64,000 nucleotides of DNA. Origin: Desulfobacterales bacterium. GTDB lineage: Bacteria > Desulfobacterota > Desulfobacteria > Desulfobacterales > JAFDDL01. The notes under the pieces are model-generated. The model was not told the origin of the DNA and did no database searches. It saw nothing but the letters and a program-made list of their open reading frames with translations. Numbering within the stretch: the stretch's first letter is position 1; the number at the start of each line of letters is the position of its first letter. Both the position numbers and the translations under genes were made by a program. This document shows positions 28,726-38,625 of the stretch, one piece after another. The DNA lies in the NCBI GenBank assembly GCA_963678885.2, contig CAXXFG010000005.1, positions 211,512 to 275,511 on the forward strand, written 5' to 3'.

Positions 28726-31362
28726 TTATTGGTCGTTCGCAGGTGTCTCCGCTCCTTCGAGAACGCCGAGGATGGAGGTTTTCAAGTGGTCCACCTGTTC
28801 CGTTGTGTCGACCTTCTGGCCGTCCACGTCCCGTATGTAAAAAACGTCCACCACCTGGTCCGCTTTGGTGGCGATCTTTGCCACCCAAACATCCATGCGG
28901 CATCGGAAGAGGGCGTCGGTGATCAGGAAGAGAAGTCCCGGGAAGTCATATGTGTGGACTTCCAGAATGGTCAGGAAGTCCGAGTCGCTGTTGTTGACCA
29001 CCACCTGGTGGGGCCTGGTTTTGGGTTGGGCCTTGGCGGGCCGGTAGGCGTCGATACGCCTGTGGATTTCCAGGCCCAGGTCGATTTCTCCGCTCAGGGC
29101 GGCTTTCAAGGTCCGGGCCGCTTTGTCCCAGCGGCCCTGTTCCCGGTCCCGGTCGACGGGGGCCGCCACTTCGAAGATGTCCAGGGCCGTGTGGTTCTGC
29201 CATGTGAAAATCCGGGCGTCGAGGATGTCGAAGCCACTGAGGGTCAAGGCGCCGGCCATTTTGGAAAAGAGACCCGGCATGTCCTTTGCGCAGACGGTAA
29301 CGGTGCGGTTGGTCGCCACGTTTCCGGTCTCCACCTGCCACACGAAACGCTCGTCTTTCAGGGAATCGAAAAGGGTCATATGGGCGCGGATGTCCTCCGG
29401 CGCGACGTTGAGCATGTAGCGCGGCGGCATGGCCGACAGCAGCGCGGCGGTGTGGCGCCGCAGATCCCGGTTCGGGGCCAAGCGGATCAGCGCCGCCTTT
29501 TTGGCTTCGATTCCCTCCAGGACCTTGGGGCTGGCCAGCTCACCCTTGCGCAGAATGTTGAGGGTTTTTAAGGTCAGGTCCCGCAGCAGGGCCAGGGTCC
29601 AACTGCTCCAGGCCTTGGGGCCGGTGGAAAGGGAGTCGGCGACGGTGAGAAGATAGAGCATCTTAAGCCGGTTCTCGTCTTTGATGCGCCGGGCGCACAT
29701 GAGGGCCGTGGCTTCCTCGTTTATGTCGCGTCGGGTGGCCGTTTTGATGAGAAACAGGTGTTCTTTGACCAAAAAGGCAACCGTGTCGATTTGGCCGGGC
29801 TCGTAGCCGAAACGTTGGAGGATATCCCGGGTCATGCCCGCGCCCCTGCCTGCATGGTCACTGCCTGGCCGCCCTTTACCGATATCGTGGAGAAGCGCGG
29901 CCCAAAGCAGCAACTTCCTGTTTTTCAGCTCGTTGTAGAAATCCCCGCACAGGGGGTCCCGGCTGATGTCCTCATCGGTACCGAAGGTCTTGATGGTCTG
30001 TACCGTACGCAGGGAGTGCCGGTCCACCGGGTACAGATGGTATTCGTCGTACTGGATGCGATGGGTGATGTCCTTGAACTCCGGAATGCACCGGGCCAAA
30101 AAACCCGTGGACAACATGTCGTCCAGGACATTGAAATCGTAGGTGGTGAGGGTCAGGCACCGCTCGAACGCCCTGACCGCCAGCCGGTCCGCCAGCACCG
30201 ATTGGCCGCCCAGGTGGGAAAATTCCCTGACCAGTCGGCGGCCCGCGGCGCTCAGGGGGATTTTCAGGCGTCCGCTTTCTTCGAAGATGCGCACCAGCAA
30301 CACCGGATTGCTGACAATGGCCTCGGCGCTGGCAAAGCTGAGCATGTCCTTGTCGATGGACAGGCCTTCCACCTGGGGGGGCGCTGCTTTCCGGGTTTTC
30401 GGCAGGAATTTTCGCCGATGGCCCTGCTCGAAGATGTACAGCATGAACAATTGTTTGATGGTCTCCATGTTTTCATGGAGGCGGCAGAGAAACCGTTCCA
30501 CCGCCGACTGGCCGTTGTGGGGGCGGATGCCGATGGCGGGGGGCAGGGTCACCTGGTGCTCGAAGTGCAGCTGGTCGCATTTGCGGCCTGTCAGATGGTG
30601 CAGGTGGTTGCGTACCTGCCAGACGAACTCTACGGACTTCATCAACGCCTGGTGTTCGTCGGGGGCGAGCAGCCCTTGGTGTTCCAGGTCCCGGGCGCTC
30701 TTGATGCCGTACTTGATGTTCGAGAGCCACAAGAGGGTATGGTAATCCCTGAGGCCGCCCTGTCCCTCCTTGAGATTGGGCTCCAGCAGGTAGGAGGAGT
30801 CGCCGAAGTGGTGATGGCGGGCCATGACCCCCTGGAGCAGCTGATGGACAAGTTTTTCGGTTTGCCGGGCAGAGAGCAGCTTGCTGCGCACCCGCTCCAG
30901 CAGGATGGAGTAAAGGGGGCTCATGCCGCAAACCAGCCGGGCGTCCAACAAGGGGGTGAGCACTTCGATGTCGTTTCTGGCAAGGGCGATGCATTCGGAA
31001 ATCGAGCGGATGGCGTAGCCGACGTCAAAGCCCATGTCCCAGAGGGGATAGACCATTTCACGGATCAGGTCGCCGGCTTCCTTGGGCACCTTTTTTTCGA
31101 ACAGGATCAGAAGGTCGATGTCCGAATGCAGGCACTGCTCCTGGCGCCCATAGCCGCCCTGGGCGATCATGGCCCAGGGGGTCCGGTTGCCCAGCAGATG
31201 CCGGCCCGCGGCGCTGATTTCGAAACTTTCCCGGAAATAACGGTCGATCAGCGCCGAATGGTCCTGTAAAAGCGAGGCGGCCTTGCCACGGGTGAACTGG
31301 TCGATCAATTTCCGCCGGTGGGTGTCCAGGGAAATCTGCGGTGTCGGTCTGGTCTGTGTCAT
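28726..31362 (-). CDS. glnD: [Protein-PII] uridylyltransferase/uridylyl-removing enzyme
   Basis: GGYGR...SDIDLL, EPNLKEGQGGLRD, HD domain (LLHDIGKG), two C-terminal ACT domains. Start uncertain (31362 or 31419). Confidence 0.95.
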   Translation of the reverse strand: MTQTRPTPQISLDTHRRKLIDQFTRGKAASLLQDHSALIDRYFRESFEISAAGRHLLGNRTPWAMIAQGGYGRQEQCLHSDIDLLILFEKKVPKEAGDLIREMVYPLWDMGFDVGYAIRSISECIALARNDIEVLTPLLDARLVCGMSPLYSILLERVRSKLLSARQTEKLVHQLLQGVMARHHHFGDSSYLLEPNLKEGQGGLRDYHTLLWLSNIKYGIKSARDLEHQGLLAPDEHQALMKSVEFVWQVRNHLHHLTGRKCDQLHFEHQVTLPPAIGIRPHNGQSAVERFLCRLHENMETIKQLFMLYIFEQGHRRKFLPKTRKAAPPQVEGLSIDKDMLSFASAEAIVSNPVLLVRIFEESGRLKIPLSAAGRRLVREFSHLGGQSVLADRLAVRAFERCLTLTTYDFNVLDDMLSTGFLARCIPEFKDITHRIQYDEYHLYPVDRHSLRTVQTIKTFGTDEDISRDPLCGDFYNELKNRKLLLWAALLHDIGKGRPGSDHAGRGAGMTRDILQRFGYEPGQIDTVAFLVKEHLFLIKTATRRDINEEATALMCARRIKDENRLKMLYLLTVADSLSTGPKAWSSWTLALLRDLTLKTLNILRKGELASPKVLEGIEAKKAALIRLAPNRDLRRHTAALLSAMPPRYMLNVAPEDIRAHMTLFDSLKDERFVWQVETGNVATNRTVTVCAKDMPGLFSKMAGALTLSGFDILDARIFTWQNHTALDIFEVAAPVDRDREQGRWDKAARTLKAALSGEIDLGLEIHRRIDAYRPAKAQPKTRPHQVVVNNSDSDFLTILEVHTYDFPGLLFLITDALFRCRMDVWVAKIATKADQVVDVFYIRDVDGQKVDTTEQVDHLKTSILGVLEGAETPANDQ

Positions 31363-31477
31363 TGCTTGTTGTCTGGTGCTCCGTGATGCGCGTTCCGTGT
31401 TTTGTTGGGGGGCGGTCATGCCGCGTCTCCGCCCGCGTTGGCACCCCACTGGAGCGCGTGTCGTCTAAGGTATATGC

Positions 31478-31626
31478 AGCAATAGGCGTGCCAGGTGCCC
31501 CGGTGTTCGTTTTGCCTGTGTTAATAGAGGCTTGAAAATTGTTTGATTGAAAAAGAAATGCATTAGGCGACAATATTGTAAAAATTGTATCTCAAAAACA
31601 ACAAAAATGAAATAAAACAATTTTGC
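31478..31626 (-). promoter_or_regulatory. Sigma-54 promoter and AT-rich enhancer region for glnD-amtB-PII-glnA
   Basis: Minus strand TGGCACGCCTATTGCT at 31493-31478 (exact -24/-12); IHF-like AATCAAACAATTT at 31548-31536; ACAATATTGT and ACAATTTTGC boxes at 31570 and 31617. Confidence 0.85.
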
Positions 31627-31628
31627 GG

Positions 31629-34559
31629 TCAGGCCGGCCCGAAAAGGCGGTGCCACAAGGCAACGATGCGGTCCCGAAGTGCCTGAAAGGTGTGTTCCGC
31701 TACCACAGCGGGCTTTTCCCTTAGACTGAGCCGATGTGCCATGGCCCGGTAGGCCAGGTAGGCGGTGCGCAGCAGGTGTGCGGTATGGTCGTCGATCAGG
31801 CCGGTTTGGGCCAGGCTCTGGATCAGCCGAACATTGTCGGTCCAGGTGAGCAGACCCGGATGCCGGTGGGCCATCAGCAGGACGACGTATTGCACCATGA
31901 ATTCGATGTCCACCATGGCGCCTGGGTCGTGTTTGAGGTCGAACAGGCCGGGTGCTTGGTTGGTGTGTGTCTGGCGCATGCGCCGGCGCATTTCGGCGAC
32001 TTCCCCGCGCAAGGTTGCGCGATTTCTGGGTTGCGCGAGGGCCCGTTCCCGGATGGCGGCGAAGCGCCGGCGGATTTCAGAATCCCCCCAGATGGCCCGC
32101 GCCCGTACCAGCGCCTGGTGCTCCCAGGTCCAGGCGTCGTTGACCAGATAAGCTTCGAAGGCGTCGATGTGGCTGACGATCAAGCCGGCGTCTCCGCTCG
32201 GCCGCAGGCGCATGTCGGTGTTGTAGAGTACGCCCGCCGGTGTATGGGCGGTGAGCAGATGGATGACCCGTTGCCCCAGGCGGGAATAGAACTGGGCGTT
32301 GTCGATGGGCCGGGGACCGCCGGCGGTGGTGCCGCTGCTGCCGGCATGCAGAAAGACCAGGTCCAGGTCCGATGTGTAGCTAAGTTCGAATCCGCCGAGC
32401 TTGCCGTAGGCAATGACGGCAAAGCCCCGTGCCAGATGCGGATCGGACAGATCGTGGCAGGGGGTGCCGTGTTTGGCCACCAGGTGACGCCACGCCAAGT
32501 CCAGTACCTTGTTTACAGCGGTTTCCGCGATACCGGACAGGTAGTCGCTCACCTTCATGAGGGGCAGGACACCGAAAATATCCGCCGCCGCCACGCGCAG
32601 GGTATTGACCTGTTTAAAAATCCGGAGGGCCTCCATCTGATATTCCAGGTCATCCGGGTCCATGAGCCGGAACCGCCGCTGGAGATCTTCAGCCAGCGCC
32701 GACTGGCCGGAGGGTGTGTACAGGGTGCGCGGATCGAGCAATTCATCGAGAAGCACCGGGTGCCTGGACAGATAGGTGATCAGCCAGGGACTCGCGGCGG
32801 AGAACGCCATCAGCCGTACCAGGGCGTCCGGGTTTTCCACCAGCAGGGACAGGTAGGTGGTGCGCCGCTGAACGATGCGCACCAGATCCAGGGTGCCCCG
32901 GAGGGCATGGATGGGGTGGGCGTTGGCGTGAAACCGGCTGAGCACCATGGGAACCAGACGGTCGAGGCGCCGACGGCCTTCCGGTCCGATGGCGCGGGTT
33001 GCCGGATCCTGGGCGAGCAACTGGAGGGCCGCCATTACGTCCCCGGGCGCGGCAAAGCCGAGATCCGCAAGGGTGTCCACCGCTGCCTGGTCCCTGTCCC
33101 CCCGCAGTGCATCAAGCCATAGCGTGGAGAGCTGTGCTTCCAGGTCCGCCAGCGGCGTGTCCGCTTTCGTTTCCGTCTCCGGCGTATCCATGGCCAGCAG
33201 ATGGCTGAATTGCCGGTGCACAAAGGTCCGGTGGTGGTCGATGGCCGTTTTGAAGGTCGGCCAGTTGGAAAAATCCATGGATGCGGCCAGGCGGTTGCGT
33301 TCTTGATCGGCGGCCGGAAGCACATGGGTTTGACGATCCGCTGCTTCCTGGAGGCGGTTTTCGGTGCGCCTGAGAAACCTGTAGGCCTCTTTTAGTTTAC
33401 GGGCGGTGGGTGTGTCGATGATGCTGTCGGCGGCCAGCTGATCGAGCACCGCCATAATGGAGCGCAGCTGCAGAACCGGCATGACCCCGCCCCGGAGGAG
33501 TTGAAAGATCTGGCCGAAGAATTCAATCTCCCGGATGCCGCCGGGACCGTTCTTGATGTTTTCCCGGATGCCTTTCTTTTTCAATTCATGTTCGATGCTG
33601 CGTTTCATTTCCCGGAAGCTGTCGAACATCGTGTAGTCGATGTACCGTCTGTAGATGAACGGGTTGAGCCGTGCCAGCAGATCCCGGCCCGCCGTCCGGT
33701 CTCCGGCGACGGTGCGCGCCTTGATCCACGCGTAGCGCTCCCACTCCCGCCCCTGGTGCTGGTAATAGTTTTCCATGGCATCGACGCTCATGACCAGGGG
33801 GCCGTTTTCACCATAGGGACGCAGCCGAGGGTCCACTCGGTAGAGGGGGCCATCGGGGGAGGTGCTCCCAAGGATTTTGACATAACGGCGGCACAGGCGG
33901 GTGAAAAATTCCTCCCCGGTCACGTGCTTTTCGCCCCACTGGATGCGGCCCGGCTCTGCGTAAGTGAAGACCAGGTCGATGTCAGATGAAAAATTGAGCT
34001 CGCCGGCGCCCAGTTTTCCCATGCCGATGACCACCAGTTGCGGCAGGCACCCCTCCGCGGTGCGGGGAGGGGTGCCGGTGTCCGTCAATTGGCGTTCCAG
34101 AGCGGACAGAGCCTCCTGGAGGCAGGCATCCGCGAAGGCCGACAGATCCTCCAGGGTTTCGTCCAGGTCGGCCGCACCGGCCAGATCCCGCCAGGCGATG
34201 CGCAGCATTTCCCGGCGCCGGATGCGACAAAGGCAATGGCCGAGGGTCGTGTCGTCCCGGGCCTGGGCAATGCCGTTTCGCACCCGGGTGGGCCATGCGC
34301 TCCGGCTGTAGGCGCGGGCAAGGTCTCCGCTCTGGACCAGATCCGTCAGCAGAGCGGGGGTGCGGATGCAGTTGTCGGCGACAAAGTCACTGAAGGCGAA
34401 TACCCGGCAGGCGGTGGCGGGAATTTTGGCGGATTCCAGGATGCGCAGGTCCCGGGGCGTGGCGGCCCGGCGGAAGGCTGCCCATTTTTCCGCTGCCGCT
34501 TCGGCCAGTTCGGGGGGAAGTCCGGGCGTGGATATCGGGTCAACAGCAGGGTCACTCAT
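31629..34559 (-). CDS. glnE: Glutamine synthetase adenylyltransferase/deadenylase
   Basis: Two nucleotidyltransferase domains (GMGKLGAGELNFSSDIDL; AYGKLGGFELSYTSDLDL), WERYAWIKAR, WEHQALVRAR. Confidence 0.97.
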   Translation of the reverse strand: MSDPAVDPISTPGLPPELAEAAAEKWAAFRRAATPRDLRILESAKIPATACRVFAFSDFVADNCIRTPALLTDLVQSGDLARAYSRSAWPTRVRNGIAQARDDTTLGHCLCRIRRREMLRIAWRDLAGAADLDETLEDLSAFADACLQEALSALERQLTDTGTPPRTAEGCLPQLVVIGMGKLGAGELNFSSDIDLVFTYAEPGRIQWGEKHVTGEEFFTRLCRRYVKILGSTSPDGPLYRVDPRLRPYGENGPLVMSVDAMENYYQHQGREWERYAWIKARTVAGDRTAGRDLLARLNPFIYRRYIDYTMFDSFREMKRSIEHELKKKGIRENIKNGPGGIREIEFFGQIFQLLRGGVMPVLQLRSIMAVLDQLAADSIIDTPTARKLKEAYRFLRRTENRLQEAADRQTHVLPAADQERNRLAASMDFSNWPTFKTAIDHHRTFVHRQFSHLLAMDTPETETKADTPLADLEAQLSTLWLDALRGDRDQAAVDTLADLGFAAPGDVMAALQLLAQDPATRAIGPEGRRRLDRLVPMVLSRFHANAHPIHALRGTLDLVRIVQRRTTYLSLLVENPDALVRLMAFSAASPWLITYLSRHPVLLDELLDPRTLYTPSGQSALAEDLQRRFRLMDPDDLEYQMEALRIFKQVNTLRVAAADIFGVLPLMKVSDYLSGIAETAVNKVLDLAWRHLVAKHGTPCHDLSDPHLARGFAVIAYGKLGGFELSYTSDLDLVFLHAGSSGTTAGGPRPIDNAQFYSRLGQRVIHLLTAHTPAGVLYNTDMRLRPSGDAGLIVSHIDAFEAYLVNDAWTWEHQALVRARAIWGDSEIRRRFAAIRERALAQPRNRATLRGEVAEMRRRMRQTHTNQAPGLFDLKHDPGAMVDIEFMVQYVVLLMAHRHPGLLTWTDNVRLIQSLAQTGLIDDHTAHLLRTAYLAYRAMAHRLSLREKPAVVAEHTFQALRDRIVALWHRLFGPA

Positions 34560-34766
34560 GAAAGCCTTGCAAGGGTGTGGCGCGCCCCTGGGCGCCGGTC
34601 AATATGGAAGTCGGATTGACAATGAAACAGCTTTGATGCTACTAACTCGACCTGCTCTTGTAAAGGAGAACTTTGAGCGCTTCCGGTTGTGGACGGCCCC
34701 CTGGCACGTGTCAAGAGGCGCCGGCCTTAATATCCATTTCTTCAAAGGTTGACCAGCATATTCGCC

Positions 34767-36176
34767 ATGAACATTTGTGACCGACCCAAAGAGGCTTGTG
34801 GGCTTTTTGCCATTCACGACCATCCGGAATCCGCCAAGATGACCTATTTTGGACTCTATGCCCTGCAGCATCGGGGGCAGGAAAGTGCCGGAATTGCCGT
34901 GTTTGACGGCAAGAGCATCGACCAGCACAAGGGCATGGGACTTGTTCCCGATGTGTTCAATCTGGAAGATCTCGATCGCCTGGGCGGCGGCAGTGCCATC
35001 GGCCACGTCCGTTACTCCACCACCGGCAGCTCGGTGCTGCTAAATGCCCAGCCCTTCGTGGTGCAGCACCGGAACAAATCCTACGCCGTGGCCCATAACG
35101 GCAACCTTGTCAACGCCCACCATTTGAAAGAGGAGTTGGAGGAAACCGGCTCCATCTTCCAGACCACCATCGACAGTGAGGTTTTTCTGCACCTGTTTGT
35201 GAAGCGTCTTCACCTTGGCCTCGAAAAGGCATTGGTGGAAACGGCCGCCAAGATGAAGGGGGCCTTCTCCTTTGTTCTGCTGACCAGCCGGGGAGAGGTG
35301 GTGGGCATGAAGGATCCAAACGGGTTTCGCCCCCTTTGTCTGGGCAGGCTCAACGGCAGCTATGTGCTGGCGTCCGAGACCTGTGCCCTTGACCTGGTGC
35401 AGGCGGAATTCATCCGGGAACTTGAACCCGGAGAGATTGTCATCATCAACGGTGACGGCATCAAGAGCGTCATGCCGGAGACCGCGGCGTCCAAAACCTT
35501 CTGCATCTTCGAGTTTATTTATTTTGCCCGGCCCGACAGCACTTTTTTCGGCCGGAACGTCTATCTGGCCAGAAAGGACCACGGCCGGCAACTCGCCCTG
35601 GAAGCGCCGGTGGATGCGGATCTGGTCATGCCCTTTCCGGACTCCGGCACCTACGCGGCGTTGGGGTATTCCGAAGTTTCCGGTATTCCCTTTGAAATGG
35701 GGATGATCCGTAACCACTATGTGGGCCGCACCTTCATTCAGCCCACCCAGAGCATGCGCGATTTCGGGGTTCGCATCAAACTCAATCCCGTCAAGGAACT
35801 GCTTCGGGGCAAGGATATCATCATCATCGAGGATTCCATTATCCGGGGCACCACCATCAAGACCCGGGTCAAGGCCCTGCGGGAGCTTGGTGTCAAGCGG
35901 GTGCATTTGCGGGTTAGCGGCCCGCCCCACCGGTATCCTTGCCATTACGGGATAGATTTTTCCACCAAGGGCGAGCTGATTGCGGCCAGAATGTCTGAGA
36001 AAGAACTGGCCGCTTATCTGGGAGCGGACTCCCTGCATTACCTGTCGTTGCCCGGCCTATTGGCCTCCACCGGCGTGCCCGTGACGGACATGACCTTCTG
36101 CAAGGCATGCTTCGACGGTTGCTATGAGGTGGCGTTCGATGCGGACTTGTCCAAAGATTGCCTTGAAATGAGGTAG
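34767..36176 (+). CDS. purF: Amidophosphoribosyltransferase ([4Fe-4S], propeptide type)
   Basis: Propeptide then EACG, LQHRGQESAG, GHVRYST, EDSIIRGTT; Fe-S cysteines in CIFE, CHYG and CKAC. Confidence 0.96.
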   Translation: MNICDRPKEACGLFAIHDHPESAKMTYFGLYALQHRGQESAGIAVFDGKSIDQHKGMGLVPDVFNLEDLDRLGGGSAIGHVRYSTTGSSVLLNAQPFVVQHRNKSYAVAHNGNLVNAHHLKEELEETGSIFQTTIDSEVFLHLFVKRLHLGLEKALVETAAKMKGAFSFVLLTSRGEVVGMKDPNGFRPLCLGRLNGSYVLASETCALDLVQAEFIRELEPGEIVIINGDGIKSVMPETAASKTFCIFEFIYFARPDSTFFGRNVYLARKDHGRQLALEAPVDADLVMPFPDSGTYAALGYSEVSGIPFEMGMIRNHYVGRTFIQPTQSMRDFGVRIKLNPVKELLRGKDIIIIEDSIIRGTTIKTRVKALRELGVKRVHLRVSGPPHRYPCHYGIDFSTKGELIAARMSEKELAAYLGADSLHYLSLPGLLASTGVPVTDMTFCKACFDGCYEVAFDADLSKDCLEMR

Positions 36177-36181
36177 GCGTC

Positions 36182-36673
36182 ATGCTGGAAACGAAATTCC
36201 TCAAGGACAATATCCAGAACATCCAGAAGTTGATGGCGCTGCCGCCGTTGCAGCATTTCGAGACCTCCAGTCTCCGCCAGTTATTGCGGCTCAGCAAAAT
36301 TCGTGAGTTTTCTCCCGGCGAGCGCATCATTGCGGAAGGCGGCCAGGATCCCTGGCTTTATTTTCTGCTGTCCGGCGCTGTGCGGGTGGAAAAAGAGGGG
36401 GTGCGCATCACCACCATTGATCAGGTGGGGGAGATTATCGGCGAGCTGCGCATGCTGGACGGCAAGGAACGGTCCGCATCGGTGTTTGCAGCGGCCAAAA
36501 CCGTGTGCCTCGCGGTCAAGACGGATGCCCGAGACCGTCTGGCCAGTGAGGAGGAAAAGGCGAATTTCCTGCTGACCCTCTACCGTATGTTCACAGAGTT
36601 TGTAACCCTGCGTCTCCGGCTGCTCAACGAAGAGTTGATCCGGGTCAAAGGCAGACAGAACGACGGAACATGA
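36182..36673 (+). CDS. Stand-alone cyclic nucleotide-binding domain protein
   Basis: GERIIAEG...LYFLLSGAVRV...GEIIGEL....RSASV cNMP-binding signature; no HTH. Confidence 0.88.
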   Translation: MLETKFLKDNIQNIQKLMALPPLQHFETSSLRQLLRLSKIREFSPGERIIAEGGQDPWLYFLLSGAVRVEKEGVRITTIDQVGEIIGELRMLDGKERSASVFAAAKTVCLAVKTDARDRLASEEEKANFLLTLYRMFTEFVTLRLRLLNEELIRVKGRQNDGT

Positions 36674-37692
36674 ACAAAACGGTGGCTTTTTCCAAACATG
36701 CCGTCAATGTCTTCTTTCACATCCTGACCCGCTGCAACCTGTCCTGCCGGCATTGCTACATCGATCCCGCACAGCATGGCCGGGAAACACTCCCTTTTTC
36801 CGTCATCGCGCAGTGGCTCAAGGCCTTTTCCCATCCGGACCGAAGGGCCAATGTCATTTTCCTGGGTGGAGAGCCGACCCTCCACCCGCAGCTACCCCAA
36901 GCGGTCGCGGCGGCCAGGGACATGGGATACCGCTCGGTGACCATCGACACCAACGGCTTTCTGTTCCATGACATTCTCCAACGGGTCACGCCCCGGGACG
37001 TCGATTTTTTCAGTTTCAGCCTGGACGGTGCCACGGCCGGCACCAATGACCGGTTGCGGGGAAAGGGCAGCTATGTCCGGTGTGCCGACGGCATCCGGCA
37101 GGCGGTGGCGGCCGGTTTTAATACCAGTGTCATCTATACGGTCAACGGTGACAACCTCAGCGAACTGGATCAGATGCCGGCGTTGTTGGCGGACCTGGGA
37201 GTGGATCGGTTTTTCATTCAGGTGATCGGCCTGCGGGGGCGGGCCGGGAAGCAGGTTTTTGCGGGAACGGCTGCCGGTCTCCAGGTGCCCTGGGAGGGCT
37301 GGTTGCAGATGATTCCAGGGGTGGCGGCGGATGCGGCCCGGCGGGGGATCCCAACGGTGTATCCCCGGGTGTATCTCGCCGCCGGAGAGCTTTTCGAATG
37401 TGCCGGACTGGCGGCGGAAAATTATTTTGTATTTCCCAACGGGCGGGTTTACCGTTGCCCCCTGTGCGAGGATTATCCCTTGCACAGCCTTGAATTCTGC
37501 GGGGGCAGTCTCGTGGAGACCGGAAAGGTCAACGAGCGGGATTTGTTTTCGCTGACCATTCCGGAGGGATGTGTCATGAACAAGCTGCTGCAGCCCGGCA
37601 ACCTGCGCTACGGCCCCGATGGGCGGCCCCTGCACCGCATTGCCTGCTGCATGTTGAAGGAAGAGGCGGTGGCGGCCGGCACCGGGCAATAA
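36670..37692 (+). CDS. Radical SAM protein of unknown function with Cys-rich C-terminus
   Basis: [23 protein letters not shown]; C-terminal C...CPLC...C...CC. Confidence 0.9.
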   Translation: MNKTVAFSKHAVNVFFHILTRCNLSCRHCYIDPAQHGRETLPFSVIAQWLKAFSHPDRRANVIFLGGEPTLHPQLPQAVAAARDMGYRSVTIDTNGFLFHDILQRVTPRDVDFFSFSLDGATAGTNDRLRGKGSYVRCADGIRQAVAAGFNTSVIYTVNGDNLSELDQMPALLADLGVDRFFIQVIGLRGRAGKQVFAGTAAGLQVPWEGWLQMIPGVAADAARRGIPTVYPRVYLAAGELFECAGLAAENYFVFPNGRVYRCPLCEDYPLHSLEFCGGSLVETGKVNERDLFSLTIPEGCVMNKLLQPGNLRYGPDGRPLHRIACCMLKEEAVAAGTGQ

Positions 37693-37753
37693 AAGCCGCC
37701 ACGGCGCGGCGGAACGGCGGATGGGCATCCGCGGCGACAGTTCAGAAAGGAGC

Positions 37754-38620
37754 ATGGGGGTGAGACAACAGGTAGGGCTGGTGGTAAAACCCGACTGTCA
37801 GGCGGAGAAACGGGCGGATGAATTCGCCCGATGGTTGGAGAAGCGCGGGGTGCAGGTGGTGCGGCGGTGCAACACCCCTCCGGTGCCCCGGGTGCCCCGG
37901 GGCACCACGGCGGACCGCGCTCCCAAGGAATTGCGCTGCGTTTTCGTGCTGGGAGGCGACGGCACCTTCCTCAGTGCCGTGCGGTGGGTCGGCACCGAGC
38001 CCATTCCCATCATCGGCGTTAAATTCGGGGAGGTGGGGTTCCTGGCGGAAACCGCCGCCGACAACCTGCTGCCCGCCGCCGAGCGGATTCTCGCCGGTGC
38101 GTTCACCACCGAATTGCGCATGCGCCTTGCGGTCACCATTGTGCGCAACGGGAAACAGAGGGCCCACGAGCTGGTGCTCAATGACGTGGTCATCAACAAG
38201 GGGGCCCTGGCACGGCTGGCGGCCATCAAGACCTTCATTAACGATCATTACCTGACCACATTCCGAGCCGACGGCCTGATCGTGGCCACGCCCACCGGCT
38301 CCACCGCCTATTCCCTGGCAGCCGGCGGGCCGGTGATGCATCCCCAGGTGCCGGGTATCCTGATGACACCCATCTGCCCCTTTACGCTCACCAACCGGCC
38401 GCTGGTCCTTCCCGGCAGCGCCGCCATTCGTATCGCGCTGTTGCCCGGCGCCGCGGATATCCTGCTGACCCTGGACGGCCAGGCAGGACTCGAAATTGAT
38501 GAGCGGGACACGATCATCGTCCAGGAAGGGGCGCATCCGATCCGCATGATCACCTTGCCGGGGCAGAATTATTTCGATGTGCTCAAAGCCAAACTCCGGT
38601 GGAGCGGTGGGAGGGCGTAG
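37754..38620 (+). CDS. nadK: NAD(+) kinase
   Basis: [35 protein letters not shown]. Confidence 0.96.
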   Translation: MGVRQQVGLVVKPDCQAEKRADEFARWLEKRGVQVVRRCNTPPVPRVPRGTTADRAPKELRCVFVLGGDGTFLSAVRWVGTEPIPIIGVKFGEVGFLAETAADNLLPAAERILAGAFTTELRMRLAVTIVRNGKQRAHELVLNDVVINKGALARLAAIKTFINDHYLTTFRADGLIVATPTGSTAYSLAAGGPVMHPQVPGILMTPICPFTLTNRPLVLPGSAAIRIALLPGAADILLTLDGQAGLEIDERDTIIVQEGAHPIRMITLPGQNYFDVLKAKLRWSGGRA

Positions 38621-38625
38621 CGTTA

